Shown here piece by piece: positions 25,531 to 33,193 of a DNA stretch of 39,858 nt. The translations under genes were made by a program, and so were the position numbers. How positions within the stretch are numbered: position 1 is the stretch's first letter; the number at the start of each line of letters is the position of its first letter. Source of the stretch: Eubacteriales bacterium (GTDB lineage Bacteria; Bacillota; Clostridia; Oscillospirales; CAG-272); contig JAZSGD010000192.1 in the NCBI GenBank assembly GCA_045532555.1, forward strand, positions 1 through 39,858, read 5' to 3'. The notes under the pieces were generated by a model. That model was not told where the DNA came from, did no database searches, and worked only from the letters and a program-made list of their open reading frames with translations.

Positions 25531-26355
25531 TCAGACTCCCGAATATGCGGAAAAACCGCCGTCAACCGATATTACAGTTCCTGTTACGAACGATGCCGCG
25601 ATTGGATCCACGAGAAACTTTAGCGCACCTATAAGCTCGGATGGTTCTCCAAGTCGTCCCATAGGTGTGGCTGCAATAATTTTTTCTGTTCGTTCGGTAG
25701 GTGTTCCGTCTGCATTCCATAAAGCATCTTTATTTTGATTGGTTTCAAAAAATCCGGGTGCAATCGCATTGACTCTAATATCTTCTTTTGCAAAATGAAC
25801 GGCCAGCCACTGTGTAAAGTTTGATACAGCTGCTTTTGCCGAGCTGAATGCCGGAGTTTTTGTGTTTGGAATCTCAGCATTTACCGAAGAAATATTGATG
25901 ATCGAGCACCCTTTTTCTCCAATCATATCGAGTGCAAATATCTGAGTTGCAAGAAGGACTCCTTTTACGTTGAGATCAAAGACAAAGTCAAAGCCCGACT
26001 TATCCAGGTTGAAAAACGTGAAAAGATCGTTGCGCTTTTCATCTCCGTATTCAAAATATTCACGTGCTGTTGTAGCGTAGGCGCTATTTCCACCGACACC
26101 GTTGATCAAAACGGTACATTTTCCCAATTCGGCGAGAACCTTTTTGTGAACGTTTACAATGCTTTCTTTATCAAGAACGTCGGTATGGTATGCCTTTGCC
26201 AGACCTCCATAAGCGCATATTTCATCCGCGACAGCCTGTGCAGCAGGCTCGTTTGTATCAAGAAGTGCGACTGCGTATCCATTTTTTGACATTTCTTTGG
26301 CAAACTCTGCACAGATTGCTCCACTTGCTCCTGTTATAACACAAACTTTTTTCAT
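25531..26355 (-). CDS. SDR-family oxidoreductase (UxuB/mannonate-oxidoreductase-like subfamily), catalytic Tyr replaced by Phe
   Basis: Cofactor motif ITGASGAICAEF, NGVG, and NAIAPGFF are present. The expected YxxxK reads FSSAK (F170). Confidence 0.85.
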   Translation of the reverse strand: MKKVCVITGASGAICAEFAKEMSKNGYAVALLDTNEPAAQAVADEICAYGGLAKAYHTDVLDKESIVNVHKKVLAELGKCTVLINGVGGNSAYATTAREYFEYGDEKRNDLFTFFNLDKSGFDFVFDLNVKGVLLATQIFALDMIGEKGCSIINISSVNAEIPNTKTPAFSSAKAAVSNFTQWLAVHFAKEDIRVNAIAPGFFETNQNKDALWNADGTPTERTEKIIAATPMGRLGEPSELIGALKFLVDPIAASFVTGTVISVDGGFSAYSGV

Positions 26356-26429
26356 AAAATTCCCTGCTTTCTTGATTGATTTATTTTATTTTAAGCCCGT
26401 TTCAATGTTGTTAGCGTCAAAAAAACGTG

Positions 26430-26458
26430 TTGACAAAACAATGAAATCATACTATAAT
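26430..26458 (+). promoter_or_regulatory. consensus sigma-A promoter for the ThuA-like gene
   Basis: TTGACA, a 17-nt spacer, then TATAAT. Both hexamers are perfect. Confidence 0.7.
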
Positions 26459-26550
26459 AATTATAGCATAAATATTGGGAAAATCAATGGAATTTTTAGA
26501 ACTTTTTAAAAAATAGGACAAGATAATTAAAAAAACGGAGGACTTGCATT

Positions 26551-27297
26551 ATGTCGGAAAAACTTAACGTGGTTATTTGGAATGAATACAGGCACGAAAA
26601 GCTTGATGAGGTGTGTGCAAGTATTTATCCTGATGGTATACACGGATGTATTAAGAATTTTTTGAAACCCGACGAATCATTGAATATTACTCTTGCAGCG
26701 CTTGATGATGCTGATCAAGGCATTCCCCAGGAACTGCTTGAAAAGACCGACGTACTTCTTTGGTGGGGGCATATGGCTCATCATGAGGTTAGTGACGAGC
26801 TTGTTGAGCGGATACGTCAGAGAGTTTATGCAGGCAAAATGGGACTTATAGTTCTCCATTCCGGTCATCATTCAAAAGTTTTCAGATCGATTGTCGGCAC
26901 TACGGGAAACCTTTCCTGGGGACGCGATCAAAAGGAAATAATCTGGAATCTTATGCCATCTCATCCTATTGCGGCAGGTATTCCCGATCACTTTATAATT
27001 GAGGAGGAAGAGCTTTACTGCGAGCCGTTCTACATTCCGCAGCCTGACGCACTTGTTTTTGGCGGGTGGTATGAGGATGGATATATTTTCAGAAGCGGGT
27101 GCTGTTTTACCCGTGGACTTGGAAAGATATTCTACTTCCAGCCCGGTCATGAATATTGCCGTTCTTTCTATAATCCTTACGTTCAGCGTATTATAAAGAA
27201 TGCAGTCGACTGGGTAAAACCGGCAGATATCGGTTACGAGATCCCCGAAGGCTGTCCGCAGATACTTTCCAAGGCAACTGATGAATTTAATAAATAA
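26551..27297 (+). CDS. ThuA-domain (trehalose-utilisation-like) protein
   Basis: LNVVIWNEYRHEK, DVLLWWGHMAHHEV and VLHSGHHSK are typical ThuA-like motifs. A consensus sigma-A promoter lies upstream and a strong terminator downstream. Confidence 0.8.
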   Translation: MSEKLNVVIWNEYRHEKLDEVCASIYPDGIHGCIKNFLKPDESLNITLAALDDADQGIPQELLEKTDVLLWWGHMAHHEVSDELVERIRQRVYAGKMGLIVLHSGHHSKVFRSIVGTTGNLSWGRDQKEIIWNLMPSHPIAAGIPDHFIIEEEELYCEPFYIPQPDALVFGGWYEDGYIFRSGCCFTRGLGKIFYFQPGHEYCRSFYNPYVQRIIKNAVDWVKPADIGYEIPEGCPQILSKATDEFNK

Positions 27298-27302
27298 AAG
27301 CA

Positions 27303-27333
27303 AAATCGGTCGTGCATATTGCACGACCGATTT
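27303..27333. terminator. intrinsic terminator after the ThuA-like gene (also downstream of the convergent Cys-rich gene)
   Basis: 14-bp perfect stem AAATCGGTCGTGCA/TGCACGACCGATTT with a 3-nt loop, followed by TTATTTTTT on the plus strand. Confidence 0.85.
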
Positions 27334-27358
27334 TTATTTTTTATTACTTCCCTGCGAC

Positions 27359-28201
27359 TTAGCAACCGCATTTTCCGGGCGCTTTGTCGATATGATGGTG
27401 ATGTCCCGCACCCGAAGTGCAAGTGAATTCTGAAATTGGGAATGCCATAGAATTGAATACGCTGCACGGATCGTCGTTTGATGGCGATACGCATTCCTTG
27501 TCGGGAATTACGTATTCGGAGGCAGAAATCAGGAACTGTCCGGGACGTACGATACGAACTATAGAGAATATTCCAAGCGAAACAGCCAGATATCTTCTTT
27601 CGTCGTCATCGTCGCCCGCAAGACTTCCGTTCATCGTACAAGCGACTGATTCGGGAATGTCGTGCGCACAGCAACAGCAGCAACAACAGTGATCCTTGGC
27701 ACTTTCAAAAATGTTGACTCCAAGCACGATCGGGTCGACTACTTCGACCACTGCGGTAGGTACGTTCTTTTCCTTGCAGCAAGGCTGCACTTGAGCGCAG
27801 AAGTCCGAGAAGTCTCCGCTTGAACGGAATATGCTTACGTTGCAGTCTCCGCCATAAAGAATGACTTTTTTATCTAAGACGGCGATTCCTTCAAATTCCT
27901 GAGTTCTGCCGTTACCGATGCATGCCTCAAAGGTCAATTTTACGTAAAAGCGAATGCTTACCGTGTAAAAACCTCTGTTAAACTGTACGGGATCAAGACT
28001 GATGTGCGTTTGTGCTATACACGCGCTTTTTACTCTTATTGCAGTTGTGTGCTCAATGATTTCTTTTCCGCAATCTGTAAGGAATACTTTCGCGTTTTCA
28101 AAGCAGTCGCGGTCTCTGCAAGAGTCAAGTATTCTGTTAGTTTCTATACAAACAGTTTCCTTGCCTATGCCGGGGCCGCACGAAAATCTGTTATCTTGCA
28201 T
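27359..28201 (-). CDS. cysteine-rich protein of unknown function (candidate spore-surface protein)
   Basis: 280 aa with about 30 Cys, including DHCCCCCCCAHD. The C-terminus reads GHHHHIDKAPGKCGC. GGGGGA RBS precedes ATG 28201. No signal peptide or TM segment. Confidence 0.7.
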   Translation of the reverse strand: MQDNRFSCGPGIGKETVCIETNRILDSCRDRDCFENAKVFLTDCGKEIIEHTTAIRVKSACIAQTHISLDPVQFNRGFYTVSIRFYVKLTFEACIGNGRTQEFEGIAVLDKKVILYGGDCNVSIFRSSGDFSDFCAQVQPCCKEKNVPTAVVEVVDPIVLGVNIFESAKDHCCCCCCCAHDIPESVACTMNGSLAGDDDDERRYLAVSLGIFSIVRIVRPGQFLISASEYVIPDKECVSPSNDDPCSVFNSMAFPISEFTCTSGAGHHHHIDKAPGKCGC

Positions 28202-28300
28202 AATTTTTCCCCCTATATGTTTTGTATGATAGAAGCATAACGCTATCTTCAATATCATTCTATGTCGAATTTAAGGGGATGTGACATTATTTTGTTAGTA

Positions 28301-28337
28301 ATCGGCAGTAGGATCTATTACGACACCTACTGCCGAT
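28301..28337 (-). terminator. hairpin downstream of the acyltransferase gene
   Basis: 12-bp perfect stem ATCGGCAGTAGG/CCTACTGCCGAT with a 13-nt loop. There is no clear T-run on the minus strand. Confidence 0.4.
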
Positions 28338-28347
28338 TTGTTGTTGA

Positions 28348-29514
28348 TTATTTTTCTTTGTCTAAAGCACGCGCTGTATGATCCGCCAAGAAATCTACAC
28401 CCTTGTGTATCTTTAGAAGCTTGAACAAATATATTCTTGCAAGGCTTATGAGCGAAGCGCAAAGATATATGAACAGCGTTGCGACCGCAACCTTCCATAG
28501 CATTTCCCAAACCGTAGGTGCTTTTCCAAATGTCTTGAATTTATTCCAAAAATCTGTCCAATACCAAAATGCTGCACCGACGTGAAGAATAAATACACCG
28601 AAGGTTGCCTTACCAAGATTTGAGATTATGATCTTGGGAACCTTATGCTTTATCTTTATCTGCATGAAGAACAAAAGCAGACACACAGCCATTACGACCA
28701 TGCAAGGCGAAATGTAGCTTATAAGGATACCTCTGTTAGTATAGAGCTCGGAGTCCTTGGTTATAAGCTTTTCCGCGTACATCGTTTCAATGTTAATCTT
28801 ATGATGCCACGCTATGTAGGTAGCTATGAAAAATACCGGCAGAGTTACGAACCATTTTGCCCATTTGGGAGCTCCGTATATGCGGAAATATGCGCCTATG
28901 ACGTAAAGGCATATCAGCCAAAGCGCTGAATATCCGCTACCAAGCACATAGTTGTCCTTGTTCATGATTATGCGGAAAACAGTCGGTGCCATAAGCATAA
29001 AGCAAATAATTATATGCTGATACTTTTTCAAGGACAAAAGTCCTTTGTTGAGTATGGGCAACAATGGGAACATAAAGAAATATGCGCAGAAATACCAGAA
29101 TGCGCGTCTTGTCAATGGGAAAAATGCGCGAAGCCAGTAATCCTTGGTCACCGTTGCCGTGGGCACTAAAAAGTGCATGACCACGGTTAAGGCAACGTTG
29201 AGTGTGACGACCTCCAACCAAAGATAAATTATTCTTCTGAATTTAAATCCTGATTTTACATTGGCAAATCCTGAGATCAAAGCGTAGCAGTTGACCGAGC
29301 AGTATGCCAAGGTTTCCAAGAACCAAGCTACCTTATAATTGTCAGTCAGCGTTCCTGCGGCAGAATAAACACCGCCGTGTCCCAAAACGTGGAGCAAAAC
29401 GACCATTATCATTGAGACTACTCGGAACAATTCGACACCCATATTCCTCTCTTCCTTGACAGGAATAGGCGGTGCTTGTATCTTGGCGTTATTTTTCGCG
29501 ATTGTCTTAGCCAT
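28348..29514 (-). CDS. acyltransferase family 3 (membrane O-acyltransferase)
   Basis: About 10 TM helices with the N-terminal motif ELFRVVSMIMVVLLHVLGHGG. AGGAG RBS is present. Confidence 0.8.
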   Translation of the reverse strand: MAKTIAKNNAKIQAPPIPVKEERNMGVELFRVVSMIMVVLLHVLGHGGVYSAAGTLTDNYKVAWFLETLAYCSVNCYALISGFANVKSGFKFRRIIYLWLEVVTLNVALTVVMHFLVPTATVTKDYWLRAFFPLTRRAFWYFCAYFFMFPLLPILNKGLLSLKKYQHIIICFMLMAPTVFRIIMNKDNYVLGSGYSALWLICLYVIGAYFRIYGAPKWAKWFVTLPVFFIATYIAWHHKINIETMYAEKLITKDSELYTNRGILISYISPCMVVMAVCLLLFFMQIKIKHKVPKIIISNLGKATFGVFILHVGAAFWYWTDFWNKFKTFGKAPTVWEMLWKVAVATLFIYLCASLISLARIYLFKLLKIHKGVDFLADHTARALDKEK

Positions 29515-29542
29515 AGAAAATCTCCTTTCGGTGAGATTGAGA

Positions 29543-30493
29543 TTAATAGAAGGTTGCTACTTCTTGGGTGGGTTTATCTGTATAAGCGGAGGTCTCTGCG
29601 TAAATAACGGGACCCGGACGACCGTACAGCTTATTCTTTTCGATTTTGATCCTTCCCTGCACGTTTATCCAATCACGTGTCTTATATGCGACGTTAGACT
29701 TGAATTTGCATACAAGACCGTTGTACGCAATGTCGTCGGCACAGCAGGTCATAACGTGTCTGCCTATAACTAGTGCATCCTTGCCGAGTTTTAAATCTCT
29801 CGCCACAATACCCTTAAATTTAACGACCTTGCCGTCGTATTTTTCGGTCTCTTCGCTGATATCTCTATACCATATCGCGTAGTCCTCGTCGGATATCTCG
29901 ATAACTGGAGCGTCGATGTCAAAAGGTAGCGGATCCTCTATATCGTCATATTCAACGTGACCGTCGGGATAATCATAGGTTATAGTTGCTCGGCGCGAAA
30001 TACCGCGGACGATCTTATGGACCTCTTCTTTATCCATATTGTCGGGAGTACGATTAAGCACTATCATTTCGCAGGACATCAGTTTGTCGACCATCAGGCT
30101 TCTCATATTCTGATTATAAGTGAAGAAGGTCTTTGCATCCGCAAACATCATATTCTGGAAGATGAACCAATCGTCGGGCAGATTGTTATAAAGCGTAGCA
30201 AGCTGCCACATTCCGTTATATTCGATAATTACACGGTCTATTATATGCCCGCCGCAGCACTCCTCGAGTTTATCTGCCGTAATGTCTTCCTCACTGTCGA
30301 TCGTGGCAAAATATATATTCTTGCCGCTGAATTGGGAAATATCAAGCTCATCAATTCCTTCTTCGCATTGAATTATCAGGGTTTTTTCACCTGTATTGAA
30401 TCGGTCGTCGCACATCGACTCCTGAATTATGTGTGTCTTTCCACCTTCAAGAAATCCGGTGAAAAGATATACGGGAATGTTAGGTGATTTCAT
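29543..30493 (-). CDS. G3E-type P-loop NTPase domain fused to a DUF1980 (TIGR03943)-like C-terminal domain
   Basis: P-loop TGFLEGGKTH, Walker B-like DRVIIEYNGM and NKxD-like VLNRTPD are present. There is no GCxCC motif. The C-terminal ~110 aa, GKVVKFKGIV...IGRHVMTCCADDIAY...DWINVQGRI, resemble the DUF1980 CCxxD domain. Confidence 0.7.
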   Translation of the reverse strand: MKSPNIPVYLFTGFLEGGKTHIIQESMCDDRFNTGEKTLIIQCEEGIDELDISQFSGKNIYFATIDSEEDITADKLEECCGGHIIDRVIIEYNGMWQLATLYNNLPDDWFIFQNMMFADAKTFFTYNQNMRSLMVDKLMSCEMIVLNRTPDNMDKEEVHKIVRGISRRATITYDYPDGHVEYDDIEDPLPFDIDAPVIEISDEDYAIWYRDISEETEKYDGKVVKFKGIVARDLKLGKDALVIGRHVMTCCADDIAYNGLVCKFKSNVAYKTRDWINVQGRIKIEKNKLYGRPGPVIYAETSAYTDKPTQEVATFY

Positions 30494-30508
30494 GTTTTTT
30501 CTCCGTTT

Positions 30509-31666
30509 TTATTTTAATTCAACACCGAGAGCCTCGGATATAGCGTCTTTGTCAAGCTTTGAACCGATTACGCAGAGTCTGCCGATAACCCCTGCTCCAC
30601 CGTGTCGTACATCGGGTTCTCCGGGGATATAGTCGAAATGTATCCACTTGCCGTCGTCGCCTGCGACGATTCCCTTTGCGCGAAGGATCATTCCGTAGAG
30701 ATCACTGTTTGTAAAGGATTCGAGCGCGGCTTTAAGTTCGGCTTCGTTGAACTTTTTAGTGGTTTCTGCGCCGTAGCTTATGAATACCTCGTCGGCGTGA
30801 TGATGTTCGTGATGATGTCCGCAGGAGCAGTTTCCGTGTTCATCGTATTCGTGATGATGCTCATGCTTGTGATGGCAACATTCGCCGTCGTGGTGATGAT
30901 GCTCATGCTCGTGATGGCAACATTCGCCGTCGTGGTGATGATGCTCGTGCTCGTGATGGCAGCACTCGCCGTCGTGCTCGTGCTCGTGGTGACAACATTC
31001 GCCTTCATGGTGATGATGCTTGTGGTGATGATGAGCCTCTTTTTTAAGATTTTCAAGCTCGGCTGCGAGGGTCGTTCTCTGCTCCATAGCCTCGGCGATC
31101 TGTGATCCCGAAAGCTGATCCCAAGGGGTAGATACGATGACGGCATTGGGATTGTGTTCTCTTATAAGAGCAACGCATTCACTTATCTTTGCATCAGAAA
31201 TGTTATCAGTGTGGCTGAGAATAATGCAAGCAGCATTTTCTATCTGGTTATTGAAGAATTCGCCAAAGTTCTTCATGTGCATCTTGCACTTGTTGGCGTC
31301 TACAACGGTCGTAGCTCCGTTAAGCTCTGTTCCGTGAGTATCAGCATTTTTAACAGCAGAAACGACGTCGGAGAGCTTTCCTACACCCGAGGGCTCGATA
31401 AGTATTCTGTCGGGATGATACTCATCGATAACCTTTTTGAGAGCTTCTGCGAAATCACCAACCAAGGAGCAGCAGATACATCCCGAATTCATTTCGTTAA
31501 TCTGTATACCTGCCTCGGAAAGAAATCCTCCGTCAATGCCGATCTCACCGAATTCGTTTTCTATGAGGACGAGCTGTTCTCCCTGATATGCTTCTGTTAT
31601 AAGTTTTTTTATGAGAGTGGTTTTTCCCGCACCCAAAAATCCTGAAAAAATGTCAATCTTGGTCAT
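30509..31666 (-). CDS. COG0523/CobW-family G3E GTPase metallochaperone with a His/Cys-rich linker
   Basis: Motifs SGFLGAGKTTLI, ENEFGE, GCICCS and DRILIEPSGV are present. A ~75-aa His/Cys tract is followed by a CobW_C-like domain. GGGAAGG RBS precedes ATG 31666. Confidence 0.9.
   Translation of the reverse strand: MTKIDIFSGFLGAGKTTLIKKLITEAYQGEQLVLIENEFGEIGIDGGFLSEAGIQINEMNSGCICCSLVGDFAEALKKVIDEYHPDRILIEPSGVGKLSDVVSAVKNADTHGTELNGATTVVDANKCKMHMKNFGEFFNNQIENAACIILSHTDNISDAKISECVALIREHNPNAVIVSTPWDQLSGSQIAEAMEQRTTLAAELENLKKEAHHHHKHHHHEGECCHHEHEHDGECCHHEHEHHHHDGECCHHEHEHHHHDGECCHHKHEHHHEYDEHGNCSCGHHHEHHHADEVFISYGAETTKKFNEAELKAALESFTNSDLYGMILRAKGIVAGDDGKWIHFDYIPGEPDVRHGGAGVIGRLCVIGSKLDKDAISEALGVELK
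30851..31006 (-). repeat. about 4 tandem 33-42-bp in-frame repeats encoding DGECCHHEHEHHHH units
   Basis: Units lie at 30851-30889, 30890-30931, 30932-30973 and 30974-31006. They are read directly from the sequence and carry synonymous or near-synonymous differences. Confidence 0.85.
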
Positions 31667-31698
31667 AATTTTTACCTTCCCTTGTTCTTGTAATAAAA

Positions 31699-32142
31699 TC
31701 ATTTCCATCCGGTCGATCCGAAACCGCCCTCGCCGCGCAGAGTTTCGCTGAGTTCTTCCTTAAGCTCGAACTCTGCCGCATAGTAAGGTACGAAGACCAT
31801 TTGGGCAACTCTCTCGCCGTTTTCTATCGTTTGAGGAGCGCTGCCGTGATTGTGAAGCGCTACCATAACCTCTCCGCGATAGTCGCTATCTATAACGCCC
31901 ACCTTGTTGGCGGGTGCCAGACCGCGCTTGGCTGCCATACCGCTACGCGCAAAGTTTAACCCCACAAGTCCTTCCGGAATTGCCAAGGCAAGACCCGTGT
32001 GGATCATCTTTGTTTCTCCGGGATTTATCGTTATTGGTTCGTCAAGCAATGCGTAAATATCCGCTCCTGCAGAAAATTCTGTACCGTACGTGGGGATTAT
32101 AGCTCTTGGATCAAGTTTTTTAATTTCAATCTTTGTTTTCAT
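31699..32142 (-). CDS. dut: dUTP diphosphatase
   Basis: 147 aa with dUTPase motifs AGADIYA, GVIDSDYRGE and RGEGGFGSTG. Confidence 0.92.
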   Translation of the reverse strand: MKTKIEIKKLDPRAIIPTYGTEFSAGADIYALLDEPITINPGETKMIHTGLALAIPEGLVGLNFARSGMAAKRGLAPANKVGVIDSDYRGEVMVALHNHGSAPQTIENGERVAQMVFVPYYAAEFELKEELSETLRGEGGFGSTGWK

Positions 32143-32307
32143 GGTTATTTGTCTCCATTAATATCTTTAAATAACATTATATCAGTAAATAATTAAGAAA
32201 TGGTTAACAGAATCGCCTTTTATGTAATTATTAGCATAAAATATACTCGCATAAATCTCAAAAATGCAAAATATAATGGCTATGGGACAAGATTTCAAAA
32301 CTGGGGG

Positions 32308-32336
32308 TTGACAAAAGTGAATTTATGGTGTAAAAT
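32308..32336 (+). promoter_or_regulatory. sigma-A promoter candidate for the LRR gene
   Basis: TTGACA, a 17-nt spacer, then TAAAAT. A second TATAAT lies at 32341-32346. Confidence 0.5.
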
Positions 32337-32402
32337 GACTTATAATAAACACTGCGACATTAAGTCAAAAATGAACGAATTTCACAGAAAGGAGTCGCGG
32401 CG

Positions 32403-33068
32403 ATGAGAAGATCTCATGGACTTGAATATAAACTTTCCGATAACGGCGCGGCTGTTTTGTGTGGTATCGGTTCTTGTGAAAGTGACTTTATTTACGTTCC
32501 CGAAAGCGTTGATGGTTTTACTGTAATCGGTGTAGAGAAAAAGGCATTTTGCCGCTGTGAGCAGATAAAAGGTGTTGTTCTTCCCTCGTCTGTAAAGTAT
32601 ATTGCCGCACAGGCATTCGCGTGGTGCCGCAATCTTGAGTCTATCGTTCTTGACGGAGCTGTTGAAATTAAAGATAGAGCATTTATAGGATGCGATAAGC
32701 TTAGCAAGGTCAAGTTTGGATCTGCTCTTGAGGCTATTGGAGAAAAGGCTTTTGCTCACTGCCCCGCTGTTACCGAGGCTCAATTCCCCGATTCTCTTGA
32801 GCTTTTGGGATCGGGTGCTTTTGAGGGATGCAGGAATTTGCGCAGCGTGTCTCTTTCAGACAACGTAAGGGTTATTGAAAACGGAACGTTTTACGGTTGT
32901 ACTTCCTTGCAGAAGGTATCTTTGCCTGAGAATCTTGAATATATCGACGAATACGCCTTTGCTTATTGCATATCAATAGCTGATATGAATATTCCTTCAA
33001 AGACCGTGATAAACTGTGAAGCCTTTTTCGAATCCGAAAATATTTGCCTTGGTGATAAGGTTTCTTAA
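32403..33068 (+). CDS. BspA-type leucine-rich repeat protein (cytoplasmic; no signal peptide)
   Basis: Repeated ~23-aa units of the form I...AF..C..L..V.LP are seen throughout. AAAGGAG RBS precedes ATG 32403. Confidence 0.8.
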   Translation: MRRSHGLEYKLSDNGAAVLCGIGSCESDFIYVPESVDGFTVIGVEKKAFCRCEQIKGVVLPSSVKYIAAQAFAWCRNLESIVLDGAVEIKDRAFIGCDKLSKVKFGSALEAIGEKAFAHCPAVTEAQFPDSLELLGSGAFEGCRNLRSVSLSDNVRVIENGTFYGCTSLQKVSLPENLEYIDEYAFAYCISIADMNIPSKTVINCEAFFESENICLGDKVS

Positions 33069-33121
33069 TAAAATCAAAAAATCACCGTGGTTCTGCAAAA
33101 TTAGCGGTAAAATTGAATTTA

Positions 33122-33149
33122 GCCATTACACTTTCGTGATGGCTTTTTT
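33122..33149 (+). terminator. intrinsic terminator after the LRR gene
   Basis: 8-bp stem with one G-U pair and a 6-nt loop, followed by TTTTTT. Confidence 0.7.
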
Positions 33150-33170
33150 CATACACAGAAAACAAGAAAA

Positions 33171-33188
33171 GCCCCGCTGAAGCGGGGC
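33171..33188 (-). terminator. intrinsic terminator after the XRE regulator 33194..34273
   Basis: GCCCCGC-tgaa-GCGGGGC lies 5 nt after the stop, followed by TTTTCTTGTTTTC on the minus strand. Confidence 0.75.
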
Positions 33189-33193
33189 AAAAA

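Noticed and set aside
27417-27692. A 91-aa plus-strand ORF ending in poly-Gln (QQQQQQ).
   Set aside because: It is antisense to the poly-Cys run (TGY read as CAR) and is explained by the Cys-rich gene.
30602-31105. A 167-aa plus-strand ORF with repetitive VVVMMLMLVMATFA segments that look like TM helices.
   Set aside because: It is the antisense reading of the His/Cys repeat (CAC/CAT/GAG codons read as GTG/ATG/CTC). It is an artefact of the CobW-family gene.
32223-32236. TGTAATTATTAGCA upstream of dut and the G3E genes, resembling a Fur-family (Zur/PerR) 7-1-7 box.
   Set aside because: Only the TAAT-T-ATTA core is palindromic and the flanks do not match. On the minus strand the same bases read TGCTAATAA, which is more simply an extended -10 promoter for dut. 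It is worth a position-weight-matrix scan but is not supportable by eye.
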